64,000 bases of DNA from Podarcis tiliguerta (taxonomy: Eukaryota), in assembly GCA_965153285.1 (NCBI GenBank), contig OZ229114.1; one strand, 5' to 3'. Each line of letters starts with the position of its first letter. The stretch's first letter is position 1. The notes beneath the pieces are model-generated. The model worked only from the letters and a program-made list of their open reading frames with translations, ran no database searches and had not been told where the DNA came from. Shown here in pieces: positions 1-12,565 of the stretch. The translations under genes were made by a program, and so were the position numbers.

Positions 1-12
1 CAACTCCTTGAA

Positions 13-143
13 CAGGTGCGGAAAACCCTTTTGCTCTCCAGATGTTGCTGAACTACAACTACACCAGCCCCAGCAAACCTGGATGATGGTCCGAGGTGAT
101 GGGAGTTCAGTCACATCTGGAGGGGCAAAGCTTCTCCACACCA
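13..143. repeat. short palindromic MITE-like repeat (cagatgtt...aacatctgg family); related copies at about 17438-17575 and 63765-63900
   Basis: Internal inverted arms ccagatgttgctgaact / agttcagtcacatctgg recur in three places in the window. Confidence 0.6.
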
Positions 144-981
144 ACCTCTGAATGTCTTTTGCCTGCCCTCGTACTCTGTATCTTGCTTGCCTGGGTGGAG
201 AATAGAGAGGGGGCTGTATGAGTGTGGGTAGAAATTAGCTTCCTGTGCAAAGGTAAACTTCACCTTTGCTGCCTTGCTCACTTTTGCCTCAGGCCCTCTC
301 CACCCCCGGCATGTGGCCCTCTGGTAAGGTGCTCAGATTGGAGCCCAACCCTCGGTCTGAAACGGGTTCCCCCCATGCCACCCGCAGCAGGGGCATCTCC
401 AGCTTAGCATCCTGGCTAAAGACACAGCCACAACTCTCTGGCTGGAACAGCAGAAGTTAATGTGCTTCCACAAAATCAAAAGGTTCTGTGTGCACACCAG
501 CGTCCCTCTGTCACAGCAGCGCTTTGTAGTTTTTGTTTTGGTGTCCTGCCTTGTCCCCTGACATCGCAAGCCTGTTCTTTGTGGGTTTCCTGTGTATGTT
601 TACTTCCTTCTGCAAAGGGCTGGGGGTTGGGCCCGTTGTTGTTGTCGTCTTGAGCTGAGCTTGCAATTTCAATTAACGATAATGCTAAAAGTGCACACAG
701 CTGTATGCTTTTGAGGCACCAATAGTTTTGTGAGGGGGAGGGGATTTTAGAAAGGGGGGGAAAAACACTAGGGGAAATTCCGATAGGTCTGTGGGAATGC
801 AAAGGAGGTCAAGTTCTGAAAGAAAACAGAGGGGAGGGAGCAACAGATGCATAGGCACAAAATCAAATGGGAGAAGCTGGGCTTTATTTTCTCGCCTGCA
901 AAGGGCCATCGACCACAGTGGGAAGGATTCAAGAGCCCTTTTTATGCATTCAGGTGTAGAGGGGTGGGCTTAAAGTGGACA

Positions 982-1040
<59 letters not shown>
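982..1040. repeat. compound microsatellite (TG)n(GA)20
   Basis: Read directly from the sequence. Confidence 0.98.
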
Positions 1041-1043
<3 letters not shown>

Positions 1044-1346
1044 TTCATGTGTTCAGTGCAGAGGGGGCTCTAAACAATTTTCAGTTGAATCTGGATACAC
1101 TCCACCCTGTGATTGGAACCCTTGTACAAAGGGAGGCTTCTGGGCATGCTCAGTTGAATGCAGCCAGAATCTCCATGGGAACCCAAACATGGAGAACTTC
1201 AGGCCTCTCTATCTGACTTTTTAGGCTCGGCCCCCAGGTCACACCCCTGTTTACTACACAGTTTTCACCCTTATGCATTGTTTTGAGTGCCCAAAGAGGA
1301 CTTGGGAAAGAGGTAGGCAGATGAGGAAGATATCAGCTGGACTGTG

Positions 1347-1348
<2 letters not shown>

Positions 1349-1400
<52 letters not shown>
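1349..1400. repeat. compound microsatellite (TC)19(TG)7
   Basis: Read directly from the sequence. Confidence 0.98.
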
Positions 1401-1401
<1 letters not shown>

Positions 1402-1992
1402 TCCCCACCTAAAGCTCTTCTGCTCTGTAGGAAGAATCCTGATGAATTATTAGATTTATTTTTTTTGGAAAATATTGCTAGTATGATTAATGAAACTTTC
1501 TTGCTAATGAGCAACCTGGTATGCTGAATGGGTACTGATAACTGTAATAAATGAATAGGTGCTACGGGCCATGGATTGAGAGAAGGGGTACTGTAACGCT
1601 GTTGCTCATCAAAAAAAGGGAACATCACAGGAAAGGAGGAAGTACCCAAGTTGCAAAGAACTGATATTAATGTTTACAGAAGTCACATCCATGCCACACC
1701 ATATATTTAAAGCGCTCTTGCGCCACCTTAGCAGTCATGGTTCCTATGCAATTGTACCTCTGCCAAGGGGTCTCTGAACAACTTTCAGCCTCCTTAACAT
1801 ACTACAGTTCCCAAGATACTTTAGCAGCATAAGAGTGCTAAACTATGATAACTAGCACAGGATATTTCTGAGATTTTGACTTCATGATGTATTCCTAAAA
1901 GCTACTGGGGGGAATAGTTACAATTTTAGCTTTTTGTGGGTATGCCTAAATAATGCCCTTTGGTCAGTATCTTTATCGCCCCAAAGGACTTC

Positions 1993-2196
1993 CAGTGGTA
2001 CCTTGGGTTACAAACGCTTCGGATTACAAACTCCGCTAACCTGGAAGTAGTTACCTTGGGTTGTGAACTTTGCCCCAGTTTGAGAACGGAAGCAGCGGGA
2101 GGCCACATTAGCAAAAGCGCACCTCAGGTTAAGAACAGTTTCAGGTTAAGAACGGAACTCCGGAACGAATTAAGTTCGTAACGCGAGGTACCACTG
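1993..2196. mobile_element. Tc1/mariner-pogo type MITE, CAGTGGTACCTC family, copy 1
   Basis: TIRs cagtggtacct / aggtaccactg with TA on the right flank; body shared with the copies at 29635 and 46534. Confidence 0.8.
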
Positions 2197-5100
2197 TATA
2201 GGAGTCCTAATGGTGTAGAATTTAGATTTATCACGAGGAACATAGTAGCCTTGTTAAATTTGGACATCTCCTTGGGAGGGGTGGGGAAGAAAACTGTCCG
2301 CTATTTCGTGCATTTAAGAAACACATAGTCACAGTGCATTGCAATTTATAGATCCCTATTACGAGCCAAGTTGCTGTATGCTGTGTTTCGGTTTCCTGTC
2401 AGTGGGTTGGAGCCAGGGCAGGAAGACTGAAATATGTAATGTGGGGAGAAGTTTCTGCCAACCTAGTACAGCTAGAGAGCTGCAAAGCTGAGCATGCTGC
2501 CATTCAGGAACCTCACATCATGTATTGTTTACTTTCTTAAACTCTTCTTGTTTTATTTCCTTTGCCCTTCACAACAAGAGCTAAAAATCCCCAGTGTGTG
2601 TTCTTTATTCTCTTTTGTGTTATGTCAGCAGCATTGAACTTGGGACGCTTTTAAAATTAGTTTTGCCCGTTTTTGGTTTCGTTATACGCTGTCCCTCCAT
2701 TACGTGTGTGTGAGGGGGAGGGAGGAAGCGAACACAGTAAAATGGGAGCAGTTCCCTGAGGTATGATTCCATGTTTCCACGTAAATATTGCAGTCACAGA
2801 GCTGGGTCCGGTCTCTTTGATCTTTCCCACCTGCCAGCTCCCTTTTCGCAAGGGTTAGATTAGGGAAAGTTCCATGCAGGTGGCCCCATCCATATGGCTG
2901 TGATATACACAAACATCCTCTCTTGCAACAGCAGAGGATCATGTTATGTGGTTCTTGCACTGTTCTGTGTTTGTGAAGGAGCTTTAGAGAATTTAATCTC
3001 GACTTTCAGCCTTCAGAACTTCTAACTGTAAAAGCTCAGAGCAGGTTTGGAGATGACTAGTCTTCTCAGACTTATCTTCCATCTTGCTTTCAATGAATAA
3101 CCTCCTTCACCCTACTCCTGAACACTGGCATCCAACGTTGCCCTAATGCTTTGGAGCAATACTTTGCGCCCTATTCCAGTCATGCTCAGCTATTGAGAAA
3201 GCAGTCTGGGTTCACTGTAGGTTCCCACAGCTTTATCACTGGAGCAAAGTGCTGCTTTTGGGTTGGTGGCATTTTGCTTGAGGAGTAACTTTTGCCTTCA
3301 CTTGAAATGCATTCTGTGTTTTTATATGTTGGATGCTTACAAGGATATCAGTAGGCCACTAGCAGGATAGTGATTGGCTCAACACCTGAAGAGCACAAGG
3401 AAATAGGCAGCAGGTAGTGAGGTGCAGGGTGTTTGGGGGAGAGGGCGGTGGCAGGGTTCTCTGGCTTGTGTCCCTTTTCTCAAGCCGTTTATGCCAACAA
3501 AATTTAATGGACACCCTTCTGGTGCAGCTAAAAGTAGAAGTAGCTAAAACAGTCACCTGAGAACCAGACAGTGTGTTTTAATGCTAGTGGAGAAATCTCC
3601 TTCTGGGCTCCAAGGCAAACAAAAGGATTGCTTCACCTTCAGATTTTCATTGCTCTCTATCTGTAGCGTCTTTAAGTCTGCAACTGTCTGCAGACTTAAC
3701 ATTGGCAAAGATAAAAGCCCTGAATCTAATGGCTTTGTTGCAGGCAGTTGCTCCTTTTTGCTTCTTTCTCTATTCTCCCCCCACCCCCTTGTGGAGATTA
3801 TTTCCTTTTTGAATCCCCCTGTTATCTCCATTATTGACATACCCTGTAATTTTCAAAATTGTCCACTATTAGGTCCCTGACTCAGTTTCTTCCCCCTTTG
3901 TCTGCAAGTGGGTGCTTGTCTGGTGTGGTGTTTAAATTTTATTTTAACCCCTTCTGGTCAGGCAGGTGTGGCTTTTAAAAACATAGGCACAGAAATCATA
4001 AGCTTTGCTAACATCCCTCTTCTTTGCGTTAACCACTGTGTAGCATGATGTCTGCGCTGAGCTTAATGTTAACCATGGTTTGCTTTAGATTGGGTTTGTA
4101 AACCATCGTTGGCTTCTCACGCCTGCTCTACCAGCTTGGATTCAGTATTGTTCATAGCCCTATTTGCTTTTCCTAGATGCCTCTGTTGCATGGGCAGCTA
4201 GCTTTGGGCTGTGTACCATATCCATCCCATCCACCCCTCTCTGTTTTACACTCAACTGGCTTCACTGGTTTCTGGCTGGAAGCCAGATGGTGCTTTTTTC
4301 TATTAGCATTCTAACTCACTTGCTAATCTCTCTGCCCCCCTCCTTGAAATTCTACAAGATTGCTTCAAGTGGGCCTGCTCACTTCAGTAAACAAGCTGAG
4401 ACTATGTCCATTGGCGGCACTTTTTATAAATTCTTGGGACAAATATTTCCCCAGTGCTTGCTTTCTGCACTTTTCCAAAGTGTGCAGCTTCGTTTAAGCT
4501 GTGAGTCAAATCTGTGAGATGTGTTTTAATAGTCTCTCCACCCACAACCTGCACATTTTTGAAACGTGTGCACGTATTTAAAATATTTATATCCCATCTT
4601 TCAGCTGAAGTTCCATTTGGACCCAGACATAATTCACTGTTGCTGCCACTGTGTGTGAGAATACCAAACAGAACAATCCTGACCTTAACCTCCCTGACTC
4701 GTTTTGTAAATAAACTCAGGAAAACTAGATCAAGTATTTCACATTCATTTATATCATATTCCTAAGTGTATGGTAAAATCTGCACGCATTTATTTCCAGT
4801 ACTTCATATTAATAACTTGTAAGAGAAAGTGCTAGACGCAAATCTTATTCTTCTGTTATGTTCAGTTCTTAATAGACTTGTAGCAGTGTGCTTTCTTTCT
4901 TTTAGAAAGAAAAGACCCTGAATTTTACCCAGCAATTTGGATCTTGCAAATTATAGCTTAAATTTGCGAGTGATGTATGACTATTTTAAAGTTTTGCATG
5001 GAAGAACCTAAGGGCTTTGATTTTCTGGTACCCTATTCAGAATAAATGTATGTGTATTTATTGGTATCCATAGTACATTCTGAGTACATAGTGCACTTTT

Positions 5101-8048
5101 AAAAACTAGAATGTGTGTAGTTTAATTTCAGGTTCTTTAGTTTCAGGTTCTAGGACTTGGCTGTGTACAAGTTTTGTCTCCCTTAATAACATATCTGTTT
5201 TCTCAAGTTGTCCCCTCACTGGATGAATTTACCCCTCGGTAAATTCTTCCTTGCTTCTCTGTATAGTGTGCACTTTGGGAAAATCTGCGTGTGATGTTAT
5301 CATTTATATGTTGGAATAGCTGTGCCCACCTGATACACAGTAAAGCCTCTTCCCTTTGATGAAAGTGGTAGCTTTAGGTATGAGCTGTCAGCACCTCTGC
5401 TGCCAGAGAGTTGAAATGTGGTTCTGGGAAAATCTAGATTCACGTCTAGTCAGCCTTATACATTCTGGATAACCTTGGGGACTGGCTGCCTCTCAGCCCC
5501 AAGCCCCCACGTGCAAAAGGGAATTGTTGTGACCTTGTTCAGACGTTTCTTGAGTTGATAAGCAAAATAATTATTGTAAAACACTTTGAAAATGAAATAC
5601 TGCTGTATAAATGATTGATAATGCAGGAGCAAGCCATTTTTATCCTCACGTATTTGACTAGCTGTGATGAATGTTTCATTTTGGAGGTGAATCAGAGCAC
5701 TTCTAAATGGTGAATCTCCTTTTGTAAAGGAAGCGTGCATAACAAAAGTACATAATTTGCGTGGTAAGCCTGCTATGGGAGTGGACAAAGCACTTTTTAA
5801 AATATACAACCTTATTTTGTTCCCTGTCTTGTTTTGTGGAAACCAGTTTTGTTACAGCAGAAACTGGCAGTGTGTAACACTGATTTGTTTATAGACACCG
5901 GTAACGCCACTAAGCCATTTCTTCCCTCCTCCCTGAAATATTGTTTAATTGTTTTAAAATTGATTCTACATTTCTAAAGAAGCAAAATGTACATGCAGCA
6001 CCCTGAGGTAAAGTTACAAGAGCCCACTGAAGTATGAGGTGAGGGGCAAGGAAAGATAACTTGAGTCACTGGCCATTATATCAGTCGAACGTCCTCAAAT
6101 GCATATATGTCTGGTGGCACCTTAAAAATTTGTAAATTCTGGAACAAGTGGTTTCAGAGGAATGCTCAAGAGATGCAAAAGAAAGAAAAACCCTTTTCTG
6201 TCATTGCTTGATGAGATCCTGGAGGATCTGTTTATGTTACAGACCTGAAGTCTTAGCTGTGTTTTCCACAAAGGTAGTGGGATCTGCGGAAACTGGTGGC
6301 ATTATAATCCTGAAAGTTGGGTGCTTGAATGGGTGGAAGGATTATATATTACTACACCTACTTAACCATTTGGCCCAAGAGAGCAAGAAATGGATTTCTT
6401 GCCAAACCAGTGCTCCTACTGGCATCTTTGCACTGTACCAGCCTTGCCCTTCCCCTTCCTGGCAAGCCGCAGTGATGCAATTGACTGGAGGTCAGGTGAG
6501 TGTGCCATCCCACTTTGCTGTCTCCTACTGCAAGTTGCTTTTAAGATGGGCCGAATAGCCTTGGATTAGGTTATGTCTAAAGTCTGTTGGACTGAAGGTG
6601 GACATCCAGTGTGGAAAGGAAACTTGCCTGCAAGTTTCGGGATGGTAGTCTGGTTCTTTAGCCACGTGACTGCTTTGCCTTCCTTGAAATCTGTGCTGTT
6701 GTTGTTTCCCAACCACAAGAGTTGTTTCCCCTGTTGCTACAAAGGCAGTAACTGATACAGCAGCTGCAGCTTGATGAGTGCACACTACAAACATTATAGA
6801 AAGGAATAAGACTCCCTTCCCATCCCGATTCCTGATTAGAAGTATGTTCAGGCAGGTAAATGGAGTGTTGAAATTGACTTGTCCGAATCTCAAGCAGCTT
6901 CAGGCCTAGTTAATTCCACTCAAGAGAAGCTTAGAAAATGTGGTTGGAAAGCTATACTATATGGAGAAAATGGATTTTAGAAATAAGATAATATTTTCGG
7001 GCTGGTGTGCTACTGCTTTGTGGCTTAGCTCATTTTGTGCTTAGAGATGCATGATTAAACAGGGGTTACGCACATTCCATTGGGTGCTTCAAAAACCACT
7101 CCATGCCTGGGGAACGAGTTTTGGGGTAGAATGAGGCCTGCCAAGATTCAAGGAACTTAAAATAAAATCAAGAGTTTGCAGTGCTGCAATTCCAGAAATC
7201 ATTTCAAGAACAAAGTAAAGACATCCTTGAAATGATGGTATGTTAGTGTTTAATGGATTTGTGGCATGTTTAATGGTTTTTTCCAATAAGAACAGTAGTT
7301 ACCTTCAGTCCCCTAAAACCTGTGCATTCTCTTACTGTGACTATAATTGTGCATGCTCTTGCATTCAAATCTGATATTGAAACTGTTGACAATTCAGTTT
7401 TTCTCTCTTTTCTTCATAACTTGGATTTGTGTCATTGCCTGTGGCAAGGTAAAGGGGGCAATGAGCCAACAGTTTAGTTACAGGGAAAGAATTATAGATT
7501 TATAACAAGCTATTAATATGTAGGGAATGTAAGCCCCACATCTATGAGCTGAATAACTACATTCTGCAACAAGAATGTGTTCTATCCATTCAGGAATTGT
7601 ACATGTTTACTTTCTTTGCATTATTAGAGCTGAGGCCACTGCATTTCTTCAATGCAGGGCTTTACGTATTATTTACTTAAGATACTGGATCAGTGGCAGG
7701 TACTGCATATAAACGTCAGTGCCCAGGAATATGGGAACGAGCCAGATCTCAGAGATATCACCTGAGCCAACCACTGGGTCTGGATTTCCAGCTCATGTTT
7801 AGGTTTGTTCAGGCAAGGGATTCTGATGGAGCAGCTTGTTTGTTGCACATCGCATTGCTCCATAGACCCATGAGCATCACCACACAGAAACCACTTGGGA
7901 AGTTCTGGCGAAGAGAAGATGAGGTAATAAGAGCATAATTTTGCCAACCTATCAGGAGTGCTTTAGAACATAAACAACTTATGTTCCTTAACTATCTCAT
8001 TCTTTCCTACATAGCAGGAAGATAACCCAAGCAAAGAATATGCACATA

Positions 8049-8307
8049 CCGTATTTTTCGCTCTATAAGACGCACCAGACCACAAGACGCACCTAGTTTT
8101 TGGAGGAGGAAAACATGGAAAAAAATATTCTGAATCTCAGAAGCCAGAACAGCAAGAGGGATCGTTTCGCAGTGAAATCAGCAATCCCTCTTGCTGTTCT
8201 GGCTTCTGGGATAGCTGCGCAGCCTGCATTCGCTCCATAAGACGCACACACATTTGCCCTTGCTTTTTAGGAGGGAAAAAGTGAGTCTTATAGAGCAAAA
8301 AATACGG
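8049..8307. mobile_element. Tc1/mariner superfamily (Tc2/pogo-like) MITE with internal palindrome
   Basis: TA-ccgtatttttcgctctataagac ... gtcttatagagcaaaaaatacgg-TA: 23-bp TIR with one mismatch and a TA TSD. Confidence 0.85.
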
Positions 8308-11300
8308 TAGCTGTTCTGATAAATAAAATCATGAATGTTTGTGAACATGATAAATATACAGTAAATATACAGACATTCACAGATGCATGAATTCTGATAA
8401 TAGCATGCAGGTGATAAGTCAATTTTATATGGTATGCTGGTTGCTATGATATCCATAAAGTTTGGTATCTTTCTGTGCAGACACCCATTTAAAATATTAA
8501 TACCGTGTTAGGGAAATGAGATACACTTGCAGCCGAAGTGCAGCTTTGAAGGAACGGTGCAGACTATGTACAAAAACTTTTAAAATGATGGGGGGGCGGA
8601 AATCAAGTTTGGTGATGCTAACAGGTAGTGGCATATAATGCCCATTTTTAAAAAGCTGGATCAAATTAAGGGAGTACATTGCATATTGTTAACCCCAAAG
8701 AGTGAACATGCTTGTTTGCTACCATTGTTTCGTAAGTGCCTATCTTCTCACTTCTGAGCATTTCTGCACCAGAATTGGCAGGTTCATGGAAATATTTGCG
8801 CCACCTCATGTCCATGCACCAAAGCATTTTTTTTTCCCTTTTGAAATTTTGGATTTAGAAAGGTTAGGTAGGCTGAGTGGTTTTGTTTGGCTCTTGAAAC
8901 TTGATGCAGAATTCCTTCCTTTTTAAGGCAGATCGGATGGATGGATGGATGCATAGACAGAAGTAGGTGGTATCTCAGAAATGGTGTATCCTAAGAACAA
9001 GGATTGACTTAAAATCCTTGGAGCAGCCATTTCCAAAGCTGCATTCAGTGATAAGTCCAGAGCTTGATTATTGAATTACACCTGAAGTATTTTTAGGAAA
9101 GCAAAAACTTCAGTATAAATCAAGCTAATCACTAAGTGTAGCTTTAGCTTATACTTATAATGTTTTATACAACAGCATACTAATAATTGTTGTGTTATGA
9201 AGACCTTGAGCAACAGACCCTGCTTTGTACGATACAGATATTGGAGCTAATCTTGAGAAATGATTTTCTATATTCTCAACACTTTGAAAAGAATTAATTT
9301 GTTTCTGTGGGTAGACTGTCATATGGGGTGAATCTGTACTGAGTCATGTACCGTACTGAGTCAAGCAATTGGTTATTCCAGGCATGACTCAGTTTAGATC
9401 CAAACCTTATTAGTGCCTGTTACTAATAGTACTATTTAATTTCTGTTCCATGTCAAAGCAGGTTATAACTTAGCCCGCATCCCCTCCTCATCTTGCAATA
9501 ATTTTGTCAGGTTCATCACACTGGCATAGCTGCTTAACCAAAGCTATGCAGTGAACGTCATGTCTGAAAATCAATCCTCATGTTACGCTATTCTTGACAA
9601 AGGGGTGTGTGGCACCCCTCCCCCTTCCCATGTCTCCTACAACCACAGTCAACAATACATTGAGATTCATATATTTAGGTGTGTGCAACAGGAGGAACAT
9701 AAATATTTTTATTTCTGCAGATGTCCAGGATCTCTTCTTTTTCCCCATCTGCTTTTGTTCTTCAACGTCACTGTCTGATGCTCCTTTTGTTCAGCTCTTC
9801 ACTTTCTTTCCGCCAACATTCCCACTTTCAGCACAAGGAAAAGGAGCCATTTGCAATGAAGCAAAGCTTCATTTTCATGATACGTTTTGACTGTAGAATT
9901 CGAATTGTGTATTGGAAACTTCTACCAGGTTTTTTTGTATTATTTTACATATTAGTTGCTCAGTAAAAAAGAGTCTCTGGGCAACTTGCAAAAACTTAAG
10001 AACCAAGGGCCGTAGCATAAAAGCGAAAAGTACACATCACAAGAAAACCACCCTCAGCCCTTTTTTGTTGGTGATCCATTTCAACCTTGCTTTTCATGAT
10101 CTCCTGTTTATTTAAAAGGCATTTCTAAACCACTTGATCTTTTTTTTAAAAAAAATATCACTAAGCGGTGTAGAATTATAGATGACCAAGGGCCATCTAG
10201 ACCAACCGTCTTCAATGCAGGAATCTCAACTAGATCATTATGTACAATATGAAACCAATATCCATTAAAACAAAATACAGCCTAAACCAATAAAACAATA
10301 TAGAAACATATAAAAGCCAATAAAACAGATTTATTTGTAGACATAAATCTGTGTCCAGTCTTACGGATCAGACAAAACCTGGACAAAAGGAAGTATTTAC
10401 AAAACGTCTGAAGCAACTAAGGGCAGAGGGAAGGGCATTCCACAGAATGAGCAACAGCAGAAAACGCTGATATTTCTACACATAATCTCTCTCTCTCTCC
10501 CTCCCGCCACCTCCACCCATGTTTCAAAGGTTCCAGTCTTGTGATCATTCAACTTGGAGGAACCTGGAGGTGCAGTTTACATCATCATCCCAGCTACGGG
10601 CCAAAATGTTTAAGCCAAAGCCTCCTGTCACTCATTTTGTTGGGGCATCTCTATACGCTGCTCAATACTGCACTAGCCTATGGTCATTCACTAAACTGCC
10701 CTCGTTATTAGGAGTGGATGTTGGGTGATATGAAATCTCTTTCTGGGGTGTTCGGTCTCATGGGGCTGTTTCACATAAGCAAATTATCTGCTGGTGCTGC
10801 AGTCACTGAATGATGAACATGCATGTACGAACTTGCCCTAACATATCTGGTGAGGCGGATTGTGAAGTAGAATTGCACAGATACTAAACTCGATTCCATT
10901 TTCTGTTATGGGGGTGGGGGGGAGGACATTTCCTATGACGCTTAAGTATTCTGCCAGCAGCACCATTTCCCCAGACCTATCCATAGTGTGTCATTTATAG
11001 TCCGTGCGGTCAAACCACTAAATAATAGTTGTGGGTGTGAAGAAACAGTGCCACAACTGTGCTTTACAAAGGGAGAAGCTTTTAATAGGAGCTATTTTGA
11101 GTCAGCCTGGGGAAGGAAATGGAGGAAACCATAACTGCTTTGGAGAGATATTATTTATAAAGGCTTGTTATATCATTTGAGGGTTCCCCACCCCCCTGTT
11201 CATAAAGGGTGTGTGCTAACACTTGATTCAGTCTTTGGAGCAGGATTCTTTCTTCCCTCCGTGGTACCTTCACAATCTTGGAGATCTGATGTGGTTTATA

Positions 11301-11947
11301 CCATGGTAGTTTGGCTATGGCAGAGGGCCTATTGTTCTGCTTCTATATTAGATACTCTGCATCCAATACCAAGCAACAAACATATACTCTTTGAGGGCAG
11401 GGAGGTATAATCTGATTATGTTTAGGCAGTATTAGTGCTGCTACTGAAATTGACAAATATGTCCCTTAAGAGATTCCGCAACAGCCTTGTACCCTGTTCA
11501 ACATTCCTGGCAGCCTTCTCAGATGCATAGTGCTTCCCTCAAAGCTAAGGTTCCCACCATTTTGAACTGGCCTGGCTTCTGTACTGCTAATGATAGGTCT
11601 GAAATGCAGAAATTTAGCAGCTAACATTTTCCTGCCTTGGAAAGCTTCACCTGTTTACTTCTGCGTTTCATTACTGGCTTTGATCCCGTGCCTTAGAAGG
11701 TCAAATCTGCAGGCATACGCCAAATCTCTTTGGGAAGAGAGCTTTGGGAAGTTTCATAACTTCCTTCATGCTATAGTAGTGGGTGTTTTGTGTGCTTGCA
11801 ATATCTGTATTCCCATAGCATTTTCTTTTCAAACTCTTAGGATCAAAATATTCCCATCTGATTCCGTAATACGACATTTTTGGCTTCAAGGCTTGTTCAA
11901 CAGTCAAGAGTTATTTGGCACCCACCATTCTTGAAGTCTAAAAACCT

Positions 11948-12150
11948 GTTTATTTGTGGATCCATTTTTAGCCTGCCTTTCCCCCAAGGACCTCGGGATG
12001 GTGCATTTGGTTATTTCTCCACTTTATCCTCACAGCATCTCAGTGAGGGTAGACTAAGCTGAGCAAGAATAACAGGCTCAATGTCACCCCTAGAAAGTTT
12101 GAACCAGGGTCTTCCTGGTCTGATACACTAACCACTGCACCACACTGGCT
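11948..12150 (-). mobile_element. older Squam3/MIR-like SINE
   Basis: Ends taaccactgcaccacactggct, the same head as the 61.4 kb copy; tttatcctcacagca CORE-like segment; diverged. Confidence 0.55.
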
Positions 12151-12477
12151 TCTAGATTTTGTGCTGCAGTACAAAGAGGCATGCAAAACAATCTTTGGGA
12201 AATGTTACAGAAAAATAAGTAGCGGCATTCCATGAATCGCTCCACAAACTGAAATCTCCTGACAAAAATAGGTTATTGGGTTCCCAGAAAACAGAATGAG
12301 TTACAGAACTGTATGAAGATTTCAAACCAACTCTGCTACACTCCTTCAAAAAAGGAGTTGCAGCTATATGTTTGGTGTTTCCAAGCTTTTTTTAATAAAT
12401 AAATTAACAGAAAATGTAAGAAATGTAATATAACCTCTGTACAGTGCAGAGTTGATGAATTACATTGTTTATTAATA

Positions 12478-12565
12478 GTGCAATCCTATACATGCTTACT
12501 CTGAACTAAGTCCTGCTGTGTTCAAATGGGGCCTGGTCCCCAGTAAGTGGGTTTAGGATTGCATT
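12478..12565. repeat. palindromic repeat of about 90 bp (tgcaatccta...taggattgca); related copies at about 30385-30478, 38850-38935 and 48985-49060
   Basis: Terminal inverted repeats tgcaatccta / taggattgca and a shared internal sequence. Confidence 0.6.
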
